Part shown: in pieces, positions 38,821 through 48,041 of the stretch | Numbering within the stretch: the stretch's first letter is position 1 | Layout: the number at the start of each line of letters is the position of its first letter | Origin: Myxococcota bacterium | GTDB taxonomy: Bacteria; Myxococcota_A; Polyangia; Polyangiales; Houyiibacteriaceae | Reading direction: 5' to 3' | NCBI GenBank assembly: GCA_039030515.1 | Contig: JBCCEA010000002.1 | Location: 1 to 64,000, forward strand | Length of the DNA stretch: 64,000 nucleotides | Program-made: the position numbers and the translations under genes | The notes under the pieces: generated by a model | What the model saw: only the letters and a program-made list of their open reading frames with translations | What the model was told of the DNA's origin: nothing | The model's database searches: none

Positions 38821-40881
38821 ATGGCCGCGCCAGAATCACGAGTCTTTGGTGGACGAATCCTCTATTTGGCTAGCGATCCTCGTCTCTTGGAGGCGCAGCT
38901 CGATGGCGAAACACTGGCGGAACCTCCCGAGCTCCTGAGCGCGATCAGCACCGACGAGATCGCTCCGGGCTGGGTCTGCTTCCACTATGACGAAGTGCTC
39001 GGACGACACACGATGCGAGGACTGCGCGGCTCACGGATAGGCGAAGGCGCGATCCAGGACGGGGGCTTCGAGGTACTCGTTGCGGGCGAAAGCATGGGCT
39101 GCGGTTCCTCTCGAGAGCAGGCACCATTCAGTCAACTCGCAGCGGGCATCCGGCTGGTGATCGCCCACAGCTTCGAAAAGATTTACCGGCAGAACTGCCA
39201 GAATATCGGATTGCTCACCTCGACCGACTTTGGGCTACTGCCTCGAATTGCTCGCGGAGAGGCGATCTGCCTGGATGAATTCACCTGCGGGCTCGACCCG
39301 ATCAGCTGCGCGATCGTCCGAGCGGGAGGACTGTTCGCCTACAACAAGCAGCGGATGTCTTTCGGCCAACCGGCGCCTTTGCATGTGGACACCAACGAAT
39401 CCGCGGCAGCACCATCCGGTAACGCAGCACCACCCGATAACGCAGCTCTACCCGGTAACGCAGCAGCCAGCTCGGCTGAATCCGGCAGGGCGGAGTTCCA
39501 AGCGACTGGCGGCAAGACGCGTCCGATGACCCTGGTCGAAAAGATCATTGCATCACATGCGGTGGTCGATCCGGTCCGGGGAGTGGTCGGCATGGCGTCG
39601 GTCGCTCCGGGCGACGCACTCTTCGTCAAGACCGATGTGCGCTTCTCCCACGAGTACGTCACGCCGATGGCCGCAGCGCTTTTTGAAGACGCACTCGGCA
39701 AAGAAGCTCGGGTGAGAGATCCAGAGAGCGTCTACTTGTTTAGCGACCATCTCACCCACCTGCACGAATCGATATCCCCCGAAAAAAAGGCGCTCGGTCT
39801 GCTCGATCAGGCGCGAGGACTCGCTCGAATCCAAACCGAATTCTCCAAAAAGAACGGATTGAGACTGTACGGAGAGCTGGACGAAGGCGGGGCGGAAGCG
39901 ATCTGCCACAACGCGATCGTCGAAGACCTTGCCCTCCCCGGTCAGCTTGTCACCGGCACCGACAGCCATAGCTGCATGGCCGGGGTGCTCGGCGCTTTTG
40001 CGTTCGGCATCGGTTCGACCGACATGGCCAACGCTTGGTTCACCGGCGATGTGCGTCTCACCGTGCCCGAAACGCTGCGCTTCGAGCTCCGGGGCCGGCT
40101 GCGCGAAGGGGTCGCCGCCAAAGACGTGATGCTCTACATCCTCAGCAAGCCTTTCTTTCGCACCAGCCAAGGCATCGGCAAAGTCTTAGAATTTGGAGGC
40201 ACTGGTCTTCAGAGCCTGAGCATCGACGAGCGGGCGACCCTCACCAATATGGCGGTAGAGGCAGGAGGTTTTACCGGCATCATCGAAGCCGATGCGCGCG
40301 TCTTCGACTACCTGCGGTCGCGTCGCAGCAAGCCCGTGCCCGAGCGCCCACTCAAAAGCGACCCCGACGCGGAATACCTCGACTCGTTTTCGATCGACCT
40401 CGAGGCGATTTCTCCCATGGTGGCCACCCCGGGAGACCCTCGCAACGGGGTCCCGCTCGCGTCTCTCGATCCGGTGCCCATCGAGATCGCCTACGGCGGC
40501 TCCTGCACCGGAGGCAAGATGGCGGATATGGACATGTATGCCGCCGTCTTCCGTGCGGCGCTAGCTCAGGGCAAGGCGATTCCAAAGCAGGTGCAGTGTT
40601 TCATCCAATACGGCTCGCAAGCGATTCGGCACTACGCCGTGAAGGCCGGTCATGAAGCGGTATTTCTCGAGGTGGGCGCAAGGGTGATTCAACCTTCTTG
40701 CGGCGCCTGCATCAACGCCGGACCCGGAGCTTCCAAAAACCCGAATCAACGAACCGTAAGCGCGCAAAACCGGAACTTTCCCGGCAGAAGCGGACCGGGG
40801 CAGGTCTACCTCGCCAGCCCCTACACGGTGGCCGCCAGCGCCATCGCCGGTCACCTCACGCCTGCAACGGTGACGCGCTGA
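38821..40881 (+). CDS. Aconitase-family hydratase: N-terminal LeuD-like swivel domain fused to LeuC-like large subunit
   Basis: ISTDEI, GCGSSREQA and SFEKIYRQN (small subunit), then DSHS, GSCTGG, CGACI and NRNFPGR (large subunit, three Fe-S Cys). Confidence 0.88.
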   Translation: MAAPESRVFGGRILYLASDPRLLEAQLDGETLAEPPELLSAISTDEIAPGWVCFHYDEVLGRHTMRGLRGSRIGEGAIQDGGFEVLVAGESMGCGSSREQAPFSQLAAGIRLVIAHSFEKIYRQNCQNIGLLTSTDFGLLPRIARGEAICLDEFTCGLDPISCAIVRAGGLFAYNKQRMSFGQPAPLHVDTNESAAAPSGNAAPPDNAALPGNAAASSAESGRAEFQATGGKTRPMTLVEKIIASHAVVDPVRGVVGMASVAPGDALFVKTDVRFSHEYVTPMAAALFEDALGKEARVRDPESVYLFSDHLTHLHESISPEKKALGLLDQARGLARIQTEFSKKNGLRLYGELDEGGAEAICHNAIVEDLALPGQLVTGTDSHSCMAGVLGAFAFGIGSTDMANAWFTGDVRLTVPETLRFELRGRLREGVAAKDVMLYILSKPFFRTSQGIGKVLEFGGTGLQSLSIDERATLTNMAVEAGGFTGIIEADARVFDYLRSRRSKPVPERPLKSDPDAEYLDSFSIDLEAISPMVATPGDPRNGVPLASLDPVPIEIAYGGSCTGGKMADMDMYAAVFRAALAQGKAIPKQVQCFIQYGSQAIRHYAVKAGHEAVFLEVGARVIQPSCGACINAGPGASKNPNQRTVSAQNRNFPGRSGPGQVYLASPYTVAASAIAGHLTPATVTR

Positions 40882-40930
40882 TCAGACACTGCAAAACGCG
40901 GCTACGCGAGGGCTATGGCTTGCTGCCGTA

Positions 40931-41785
40931 CTAGTTTGCGAAGGAGACTCGTCTTGTTCTCGGCTTCCGACCCGGGTTAGCGCCGGGCCACGTTATCGGA
41001 ATCAAAAGCGGGAGCGAGTTAGTCGGATAAATCAGATAAAGAGGAGCCATTGGGGGCTGAGGATGACTAAGGACAAAGAGGAACTCGGTATCGGGCGTGA
41101 TTTCAAAGTTGGTGGGATCTCGGAGTACCTCTTGGACAGCACGCCAATCGAGATCTCGGGATTCGAGAAGTTTTATAAGACGTTCAGTGGCCTTTGAAGT
41201 GGGAGCAGCCATTCTCAACACGACGCCGTTAACGCGGAGCGATTGCTGACCGCGCAGATGAAATTCTGTGTCGGAGAGAACCTCGCCGTCACTAAACTTA
41301 GGCGTGGATGACGGTGTCTGCACTCCCGTGAACCGATGACGAATAGACGAGGTAATTTCTAGCAAAAATGGCGACAACTGGCGCATCACCTGCTCGCGTC
41401 GAGTCGCTGGCCAAAAGCGATCCAGCACCAAGCGAAATAACGCCAAGCACACAAGAGGACTCTGGAATTCAGCTAACCGGTCCTCACGGATGCGAACAAA
41501 CTCGCTTGCTCTCGATGGGTCAGCATCTGTTTGAGGGGACGTGCATTCTTTTGAATAACGATTCGGGAGGGCTTCAAGCGATTGACGCAGAGCTCTTACA
41601 AGAGTCATGCCTTGACTAGCAAACAGTTGTCCCATCAAAATATGCTGCGACTGGTTTTCCAACCCTTGCAAGTAAGCGCTGTTGATTCCGAGATACTTCA
41701 AGGCCGTTAGAAAGGCGCCACGTCGAATCGCGTCTTTCGAGGCGGTTATCATCGGCGCGCGGGGTGGTGGTGGTGGGCCGTGCAA
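40931..41785 (-). CDS. Orphan hypothetical protein with atypical (more AT-rich) composition
   Basis: 284-codon ORF with AGGAGA RBS before a TTG start. It is visibly richer in A/T-ending codons than its neighbours and has no recognisable domain. Confidence 0.6.
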   Translation of the reverse strand: MHGPPPPPRAPMITASKDAIRRGAFLTALKYLGINSAYLQGLENQSQHILMGQLFASQGMTLVRALRQSLEALPNRYSKECTSPQTDADPSRASEFVRIREDRLAEFQSPLVCLALFRLVLDRFWPATRREQVMRQLSPFLLEITSSIRHRFTGVQTPSSTPKFSDGEVLSDTEFHLRGQQSLRVNGVVLRMAAPTSKATERLIKLLESRDLDWRAVQEVLRDPTNFEITPDTEFLFVLSHPQPPMAPLYLIYPTNSLPLLIPITWPGANPGRKPRTRRVSFAN

Positions 41786-41912
41786 GATCTCTCCTGACTC
41801 CGGGTGGGCCCTATATCGTCAATGACAGGGGCTTTTGTCGTATCTAGCACGGCGCGGGGATTAAACACGACGATCGCCGAAAAAGAGTTCAACCAAGAGC
41901 TGTAACCAGCAT

Positions 41913-42362
41913 CTAGCGGCTTGTGAGAACGAGCGCGGCGCGGAGGCTCCACAGCACGGTGCGGATCCAGTTGGTGGCGATGAGGCGATCGATGAGGGTA
42001 AGGTCGTACCCTTGAGCGAGCCTGTTGTGGATCGGCACCTGGATGAAGAAGGTGGACGCCCAGGCGAGCAGCACCAGAGCGAGCCCGGTCCATCTCTGCA
42101 GATTCGAAAAGGCGGTTACCTCGGGCAGGAGCACCAAAGCCGCAGCCGAGGCGAGCTCGCCGAGCATGAGAGGAACGACGATAAGCGAAATAGATACGGT
42201 GTGCTGGGCGTGAAACGCTGGGAAGTCGTCTTCGATGACGCTTCTAAACGCCGGGTACCGCCGCAGCTGCACGTCCCAGATCACGACGAACATGCCGAGC
42301 GTGGTCAAAAGATGAACCCACTTCAGCGCCTGAAGCCAACCCGTTGGAACGAGGCCACTCAT
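41913..42362 (-). CDS. Conserved hypothetical membrane protein
   Basis: Several TM helices; W.VQL..YP.F, STFFIQVPIH and NWIRT motifs; ATGA-coupled to nei. Confidence 0.75.
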   Translation of the reverse strand: MSGLVPTGWLQALKWVHLLTTLGMFVVIWDVQLRRYPAFRSVIEDDFPAFHAQHTVSISLIVVPLMLGELASAAALVLLPEVTAFSNLQRWTGLALVLLAWASTFFIQVPIHNRLAQGYDLTLIDRLIATNWIRTVLWSLRAALVLTSR

Positions 42363-43261
42363 GCGGACTGCTCGCTGGGGGCCTCTGCTGCGCTCAGGGC
42401 GGGGGCCTTGGAGACTCCGGCAGCGCTCTTGTTGAGCGGGACCTGAGGCTGGCAGCCAGGGCAGAAGAAGATGCGGCGCCCAGAAGCCAGATAGCGTTCG
42501 ACGGAGGCATCACATCGGTGACAGAGGTCGCGCTCCCGTCCGAAAACCCAGTGCCGATAGGCCCGCTTTGGACGGCCGGCTCGCTTGAGGCGCGTGACCA
42601 AAGCGGCATCGGTCGTCACGCCCCCGCTCTGGTAGGCGCGCCGCATGGTCTTACACACCGAGCGCGCAAGAAGTGCGAGCACGTCTGCCGGCAGGTCGAC
42701 GGGTCGCAGATCGGGATGCACCCCGGCCTCAAAGAGGATCTCTGAGCGCAGGTAGTTGCCGACGCCGGCGAGAAACGACTGATCGAGCAGCAGGGTAGAA
42801 AGGCGCTTACGGCGAAACTCCGGACGCTCCAGTCGCTTGCGAATGCGGGCTGGCGTCACGGTTTCATGGAGCGGGTCGGGACCGATTCGGGAGAGAAACG
42901 GATGCGCATCGATCCCTTCTCGATCGAGGACGTCGATATCGGTCGCGCTGTAGAGCAAGGCCGCGCCGCGCTCCGTGTGAATCGCAAATCGCAACTGACG
43001 GTTGGTTTTCGGCAGACCGGGCTTATTCCGAATCATCCATCGACCGTAGAGCTGGTTGTGAGAGTAGACCGCCGTCTCTTCTCCAAACCAGGTCAGCATC
43101 GCTTTGCCTCGGGTTTCCACCCGAGTGACGGTCTGGGCCTGAAGCTCCTCTTCGAACTCCTTGAGGCGATCGACCGCGAAGTAGACTTTTTGGATTTCAC
43201 GGCCTCGAACCGCGGCCTCCACCCGGTCTGCTGCGCGCCGTATTTCAGGACCTTCGGGCAT
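42359..43261 (-). CDS. nei: Endonuclease VIII (Fpg/Nei glycosylase)
   Basis: MPEGPE N-terminus, RGKAML, HNQLYGRW, AGVGNYLRSE and zinc finger CHRC...CPGCQ. Confidence 0.95.
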   Translation of the reverse strand: MPEGPEIRRAADRVEAAVRGREIQKVYFAVDRLKEFEEELQAQTVTRVETRGKAMLTWFGEETAVYSHNQLYGRWMIRNKPGLPKTNRQLRFAIHTERGAALLYSATDIDVLDREGIDAHPFLSRIGPDPLHETVTPARIRKRLERPEFRRKRLSTLLLDQSFLAGVGNYLRSEILFEAGVHPDLRPVDLPADVLALLARSVCKTMRRAYQSGGVTTDAALVTRLKRAGRPKRAYRHWVFGRERDLCHRCDASVERYLASGRRIFFCPGCQPQVPLNKSAAGVSKAPALSAAEAPSEQSA

Positions 43262-43264
43262 CGT

Positions 43265-44812
43265 CTAAAACTCCAAATCGAAAAGCTCGGTCTGCATCAA
43301 ACCCTCCTCGGCTGGGACAGCGCGGCGCCTCGCTTTTGACGGCCCCTTGCGGCTCCCGTGCCGGCGAAACACCTCTTTGGCCTCCTTACGAGCGGCAGGC
43401 GTCGCACGCAGCTTTTGAAACCTACGCTTGGCCTCCACCGCTGCCCTCGTGCAGTCTACGACCGGCATCGGGTAGTCCGTACCGATACGGCATCGGTAGC
43501 GCAGCTGCGCGTCAAAGCTCATTTTTTGCGGTTCGGCGATATGCTCTGCCGGCACGTGTTCGAGCTCCGGCACCCATCGCTTGATGAACACCCCGTCAGG
43601 GTCCTGATCGCGAACCTGCTTGATGGGCGAGTAGATTCGGAGCGCATTCATCCCGGTCGTGCCGCTTTGCATCTGGATTTGACTGAAGTGAATCCCGGGC
43701 TCGTAGTCCAAGAAAAGACAGGCCAAAAGCAGCGCGGTAGGGCGCCAGTGCAGCCAAAGCAGATAGGACGCAAAGGAAACGACCATCGCGCGCATCCGAA
43801 AGTTCAACCATCCGGTCTCGCTCAGCTGACGCATGCAGGCGTCGACCAGGGGAACACCGGTTTGACCTTGGGCAAACGCCTCAAAACGCTCCTGCGAAAA
43901 CTCCTGTTCCCGCAGCCCGTCGCATGCACGCGACATATTCTCGAACTCAATCGAGGGCTCCGATTCGAGCTTCTGAATGAAGTGACAGTGCCAATGCAAA
44001 CGCTTTTCGAAACTCTGCAGCGCCTTGGGCCAACCGCTCTTGGGCATCCCACGCAGTTGGGCAGCGCGCATCTGCAGGAGCTGGTAGGTGCGTCGCATCG
44101 AGATATTGCCGTACGCGAGGTAGGGGCTGAGTCGACTGCACGCACGGTCTGCCGTGTTGGGCGAGGACATTTCAGTCGGATAGTGGGCTCCCCGACGTTT
44201 GAGGAACTCGCGCAGCGTCACAAGCGCAACCGATTCCCCTCCCCGTTGGGGCGTCACCCGCTTCGATGGGGGCAAGCCGAACTGCTTAGGCTCCAAAATC
44301 CCCACGGACTCGAGGCAGGGTATAGAGCGGATCGACTCCGGCGGCGGCACGGCTGCGCTCTGCATCATCGTCTTCCACTGCGACGCCCATCCGTTTCGGT
44401 TCTTTAGTCCGCGGATCACCCCAAACTGCCGAAACTCGCGAACGCGAAGACCCACCGATCGCGCCCACCGAAAGACGCGCTTGTCCCGAGCGTAGGTGAT
44501 CCCGTTGCCCGTCTCCTCGTGACAGTAGAGGGCTTCAAAGCGATGCGCCTCATGCAGCTGCGCGAGCACCGTTTGAGCTTCTCCCAAGCGGGTGACCAGG
44601 GCGCCGCCGATCTCTCGCAGCGCATCACGCAATTCGGCCAAAGACTCGTTGAGAAACACCAGATGACTGGAGTCGAAATCCTCTGCCTGAATCACCTCCG
44701 GCTCGTACACATAGAGGCAGAGGCAGGGCCCTCTCTTGGCCGCCTCAAACAGCGGAGCATGGTCGGATAGGCGCAGGTCTCTTTTGAACCACACCAGCTG
44801 ATGTTCGCTCAC
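43265..44812 (-). CDS. Cryptochrome/DNA photolyase family protein
   Basis: WFKRDLRLSDH, CSRLSPYL, TGVPLVDACMR, GWLNFRMR and DPDGVFIKRWVPEL. Confidence 0.93.
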   Translation of the reverse strand: MSEHQLVWFKRDLRLSDHAPLFEAAKRGPCLCLYVYEPEVIQAEDFDSSHLVFLNESLAELRDALREIGGALVTRLGEAQTVLAQLHEAHRFEALYCHEETGNGITYARDKRVFRWARSVGLRVREFRQFGVIRGLKNRNGWASQWKTMMQSAAVPPPESIRSIPCLESVGILEPKQFGLPPSKRVTPQRGGESVALVTLREFLKRRGAHYPTEMSSPNTADRACSRLSPYLAYGNISMRRTYQLLQMRAAQLRGMPKSGWPKALQSFEKRLHWHCHFIQKLESEPSIEFENMSRACDGLREQEFSQERFEAFAQGQTGVPLVDACMRQLSETGWLNFRMRAMVVSFASYLLWLHWRPTALLLACLFLDYEPGIHFSQIQMQSGTTGMNALRIYSPIKQVRDQDPDGVFIKRWVPELEHVPAEHIAEPQKMSFDAQLRYRCRIGTDYPMPVVDCTRAAVEAKRRFQKLRATPAARKEAKEVFRRHGSRKGPSKARRRAVPAEEGLMQTELFDLEF

Positions 44813-44847
44813 GGCAGCTCACGTCTCCTACGGCAAGGCTTGTGTGA

Positions 44848-44898
44848 CAGGGGTCCCAAGCGACCAAGGGTCCCAAGCGACCAGGGATCCCAAGCGAC
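44848..44898. repeat. 17-bp tandem repeat x3 in the photolyase / biotin carboxylase divergent promoter
   Basis: TCCCAAGCGAC at 44854, 44871 and 44888. Confidence 0.85.
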
Positions 44899-45033
44899 AT
44901 CGCGCCCATTTTTGCTCGGTTTCTACGGACGCATCGGCACAGATGACGTTTCACGGTGCCGACGCCACCCATCGAGGACGAGTTGTCACGCTTCACTCGA
45001 CGGCGTCCGACGAATGCTGTAGAGCCACCGCAA

Positions 45034-46542
45034 ATGCCGAGCAAGGTACTGGTCGCAAACCGGGGAGAAATCGCGGTCCGCGTGATTCGAACCCTTCGAG
45101 AGATGGGCATAAAAAGCGTCGCGGTGTTCAGCGATGCCGATCGCAGCGCGCTTCACGTACGCATGGCAGACGAGGCCTACCCCATCGGCCCTGCGGAGAG
45201 CTCGCAAAGCTATCTGAACGTCCAGCGCTTGCTCGAGGTCTGTCGCCGATGTGGGGCCGACGCCATCCACCCTGGGTACGGGTTTCTGAGCGAAAATCCC
45301 GACTTCGTTGAGGCCTGCGAAAGCGCCGGCATTCTCTTTATCGGACCCGCGGCCAATGCGATGAGGGCCATGGGCAGCAAAACTGCCGCGCGCGCCCGCA
45401 TGATCGAAGCTGGGGTTCCGGTCGTGCCGGGCGCCCATATCCGCGAGGGAGACGATCTCTTGGCGATCGCCCAAAAGCTCGGCTACCCGGTCATGCTCAA
45501 GGCCTCCGCCGGAGGTGGCGGTAAGGGCATGCGCCTGGTGGAGCGGGCGGAGGAGATGGCTGCCGCCTTTGAACGGGCCCGCAGCGAAGCCGAAAAAGCC
45601 TTTGGCGATCCCACCGTGTACATCGAAAAGGCCATCCTCAAGCCACGTCACGTGGAGATTCAAATCCTCGGCGACCGCCACGGCAACCTGGTTCATCTCT
45701 TCGAGCGCGACTGTTCGATTCAGCGTCGTCACCAGAAGGTGGTCGAAGAGACTCCAAGTCCAGCTCCCGAAGCAGATGCAGCTTTGGTCGAGCAGATGGG
45801 TCAGGTGGCGATCCGAGCAGCGCAGGCGGTGCAGTACCACGGAGCGGGCACCGTGGAGTTTTTGCTGGGCGACGGCGGAAACTTTTACTTCCTCGAAATG
45901 AATACCCGTTTGCAGGTAGAACACCCGATCACCGAGTGGGTCACCGGAATCGACCTGGTTCGGGAGCAAATCCGTATCGCGGCTGGAGAGGCACTGGGCT
46001 ACGGCCAAGACGATGTGCAGCGCCGCGGGCACGCGATCGAATGCCGCGTGTATGCTGAGGATCCAAGCATTGGATTCTTGCCAAGCCCCGGCATCATCGA
46101 AGTGCTCCGTACCCCGTCAGGCCCGGGAGTGCGGGACGATTCAGGGGCCTACGAGGGAGCTGAAATCACCAACCACTACGATCCTCTCGTAAGCAAGCTC
46201 AGCGTGTGGGCTCCGACGCGGAAACTTGCACTCGAACGGATGAAGCGCGCGCTGACGGAGTACATCGTGATCGGCCCCGCAACCAACCTGGGTTTTCATC
46301 TGCGACTGATGGAGCACGAGGCGTTTCAGCAAGGACTCTACGATACCGGATTTATCGAACAGTACCGGAGTGCTCTACTCGAGGGCGATCGAGTGGAAGT
46401 CGACGCAAACCTGCTCGCGATGGGTGCGGCTGTGGCGCAAGTGTTTCGACAGCGTCGAGCTACACCGGAACAAGCAACGCTCCGCGCGCCGCAATCGGGA
46501 CCTTCCGCATGGCGCATCGCCACTCTGCCCCGTCAGGGTTAA
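45034..46542 (+). CDS. accC: Biotin carboxylase subunit of acetyl/propionyl-CoA carboxylase
   Basis: KVLVANRGEIA, HPGYGFLSEN, GGGGKGMR, RDCSIQRRHQK and EMNTRLQVEH. There is no biotinyl domain. Confidence 0.93.
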   Translation: MPSKVLVANRGEIAVRVIRTLREMGIKSVAVFSDADRSALHVRMADEAYPIGPAESSQSYLNVQRLLEVCRRCGADAIHPGYGFLSENPDFVEACESAGILFIGPAANAMRAMGSKTAARARMIEAGVPVVPGAHIREGDDLLAIAQKLGYPVMLKASAGGGGKGMRLVERAEEMAAAFERARSEAEKAFGDPTVYIEKAILKPRHVEIQILGDRHGNLVHLFERDCSIQRRHQKVVEETPSPAPEADAALVEQMGQVAIRAAQAVQYHGAGTVEFLLGDGGNFYFLEMNTRLQVEHPITEWVTGIDLVREQIRIAAGEALGYGQDDVQRRGHAIECRVYAEDPSIGFLPSPGIIEVLRTPSGPGVRDDSGAYEGAEITNHYDPLVSKLSVWAPTRKLALERMKRALTEYIVIGPATNLGFHLRLMEHEAFQQGLYDTGFIEQYRSALLEGDRVEVDANLLAMGAAVAQVFRQRRATPEQATLRAPQSGPSAWRIATLPRQG

Positions 46543-46579
46543 CCGTCAGGAATCTCGCTACAAAGGCGGATTCAACCGC

Positions 46580-46915
46580 CTAAGGCAGAAATCCAATCGA
46601 GGTGCGCATTTCGCCATGGAGCAAATCCTCGATCTTGCTTTGTTCCTCAGCGGAAAGCGTGCCCGAATCGTGCCAAAGCACCTGGGCCGCTTCACTCACC
46701 GCGCCATATCCAAGCGCTCGAAACGGATCGTCACTCTGACGCACCTCGAAGACCAGCTCCTGAGCGCCCAATCGGTGAGTCTCTTGGAATGCACGGGTTG
46801 TCTTGGGTTCCCCGGAAGACTCGAGCTCTAAAGGACTTTCTGAAAGGGCTTCAGAATCCGAGTTGGAATGTAACGATGTAGGCGTCGCGGAACGGATCGG
46901 TGTGGCCAGAAACAT
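46580..46915 (-). CDS. Small hypothetical protein
   Basis: This is the protein-like acidic C-terminal part of ORF 46580-47110. The upstream extension overlaps a terminator, so the start was placed at ATG 46915 (uncertain). Confidence 0.3.
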   Translation of the reverse strand: MFLATPIRSATPTSLHSNSDSEALSESPLELESSGEPKTTRAFQETHRLGAQELVFEVRQSDDPFRALGYGAVSEAAQVLWHDSGTLSAEEQSKIEDLLHGEMRTSIGFLP

Positions 46916-47092
46916 ACAGACATGCAGCGATCCACAACTACGCCAGCGTTCCACCCTCGAAGGGGTAGTGCATCGGTAGACCGACGCCTCGGTTGGGATC
47001 GTTTGTCCAGCACAACTTGGCGAGTAGGAATCCGGCATATAGGACCAGGAACCCTCCATGAGCACCAAAGGCAATGCCCGGAGATGCTCCAT

Positions 47093-47129
47093 AAAAAAAG
47101 GCGGCACCACCTGGTGGTAGAGCCGCCTT
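47093..47129 (-). terminator. Intrinsic terminator of the fasciclin gene
   Basis: Minus strand AAGGCGGC...GCCGCC followed by a T7 tract. Confidence 0.8.
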
Positions 47130-47218
47130 CACACAAGGATTTAGCTCTGATCTAGAGCATTAGTCGAATGCGACGCAGGGTTCCGTAACGACAAGGCAAC
47201 GGTTCCGCGTCACGCGGG

Positions 47219-47788
47219 CTACATCGAGGGCAGGAGTACTGAATCTACGACGTGAATCACGCCGTTAGAGCACTCGATATCGGTCTGAACGACCGTTGCG
47301 TTGCCCACCTGAACGCTGCCTCCGTCCACCATGATCGGCAGATCTCCACCCTGTACGGTGGTGGCACTGGAAAGAGAGACGACAGCCTCCGCGCGTACAT
47401 CTCCGGGCACCACGTGATAGGTCAAGACAGCTTGAAGCTGTTCTCGGTTCTCGGGAAGCAAGAGATTGTCCAAGGTGCCTTCCGGCAAAGCAGCAAACGC
47501 TTCGTCGGTGGGCGCGAATACGGTAAAGGGACCTTCTCCCTTGAGCGTGTCCACGAGTCCCGCAGCCTGTACGGCCTGAACCAGCGTATTGAACTGTCCA
47601 GCAGACACTGCGGTGTCCACAATATCTGAAGCCATAGCTTCTTCAGTGCCGGAATATTCACCTCCGCTGGAAGAATCCGCATTGGACATTTCCATAGTGG
47701 TGGATGCAGATTCACTCGAAGAGGAGCCTGCGCACGCAGCGATCAACAGAAAAGAAAAAATCGAGAGCCCGAATGTGCCAAAACGCAT
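47219..47788 (-). CDS. Fasciclin (FAS1) domain lipoprotein
   Basis: Lipobox [32 protein letters not shown] and [16 protein letters not shown]. Confidence 0.95.
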   Translation of the reverse strand: MRFGTFGLSIFSFLLIAACAGSSSSESASTTMEMSNADSSSGGEYSGTEEAMASDIVDTAVSAGQFNTLVQAVQAAGLVDTLKGEGPFTVFAPTDEAFAALPEGTLDNLLLPENREQLQAVLTYHVVPGDVRAEAVVSLSSATTVQGGDLPIMVDGGSVQVGNATVVQTDIECSNGVIHVVDSVLLPSM

Positions 47789-48041
47789 AACGAGATTACC
47801 TCCTGGGCTGACGCATGGAGCTTGTCACCCCTTCGTCTAGTGCCGGACACTAAATCTTCAGAGAGCACAGGTCGAGCTCGAATCGCTGCCTTGGGGCATG
47901 GCTCAAAGATTCGTTCGTGTGCGGGCAAACGATCGCACGCCCGGTCTTGGTCTTCCGGAAGGTAGCCTTGGTCTTCTGGAAGGTAGAAGCGATCGTGCGG
48001 GGTTGGGCGCTCTGAACAGCGTTTGCTAGGCTCGGCAGGTT

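Noticed and set aside
44848..44898. CarH/LitR light-regulator operator upstream of the photolyase
   Set aside because: The period is 17 bp rather than the ~11-bp repeats of CarH sites, and it resembles the other micro-duplications in the window.
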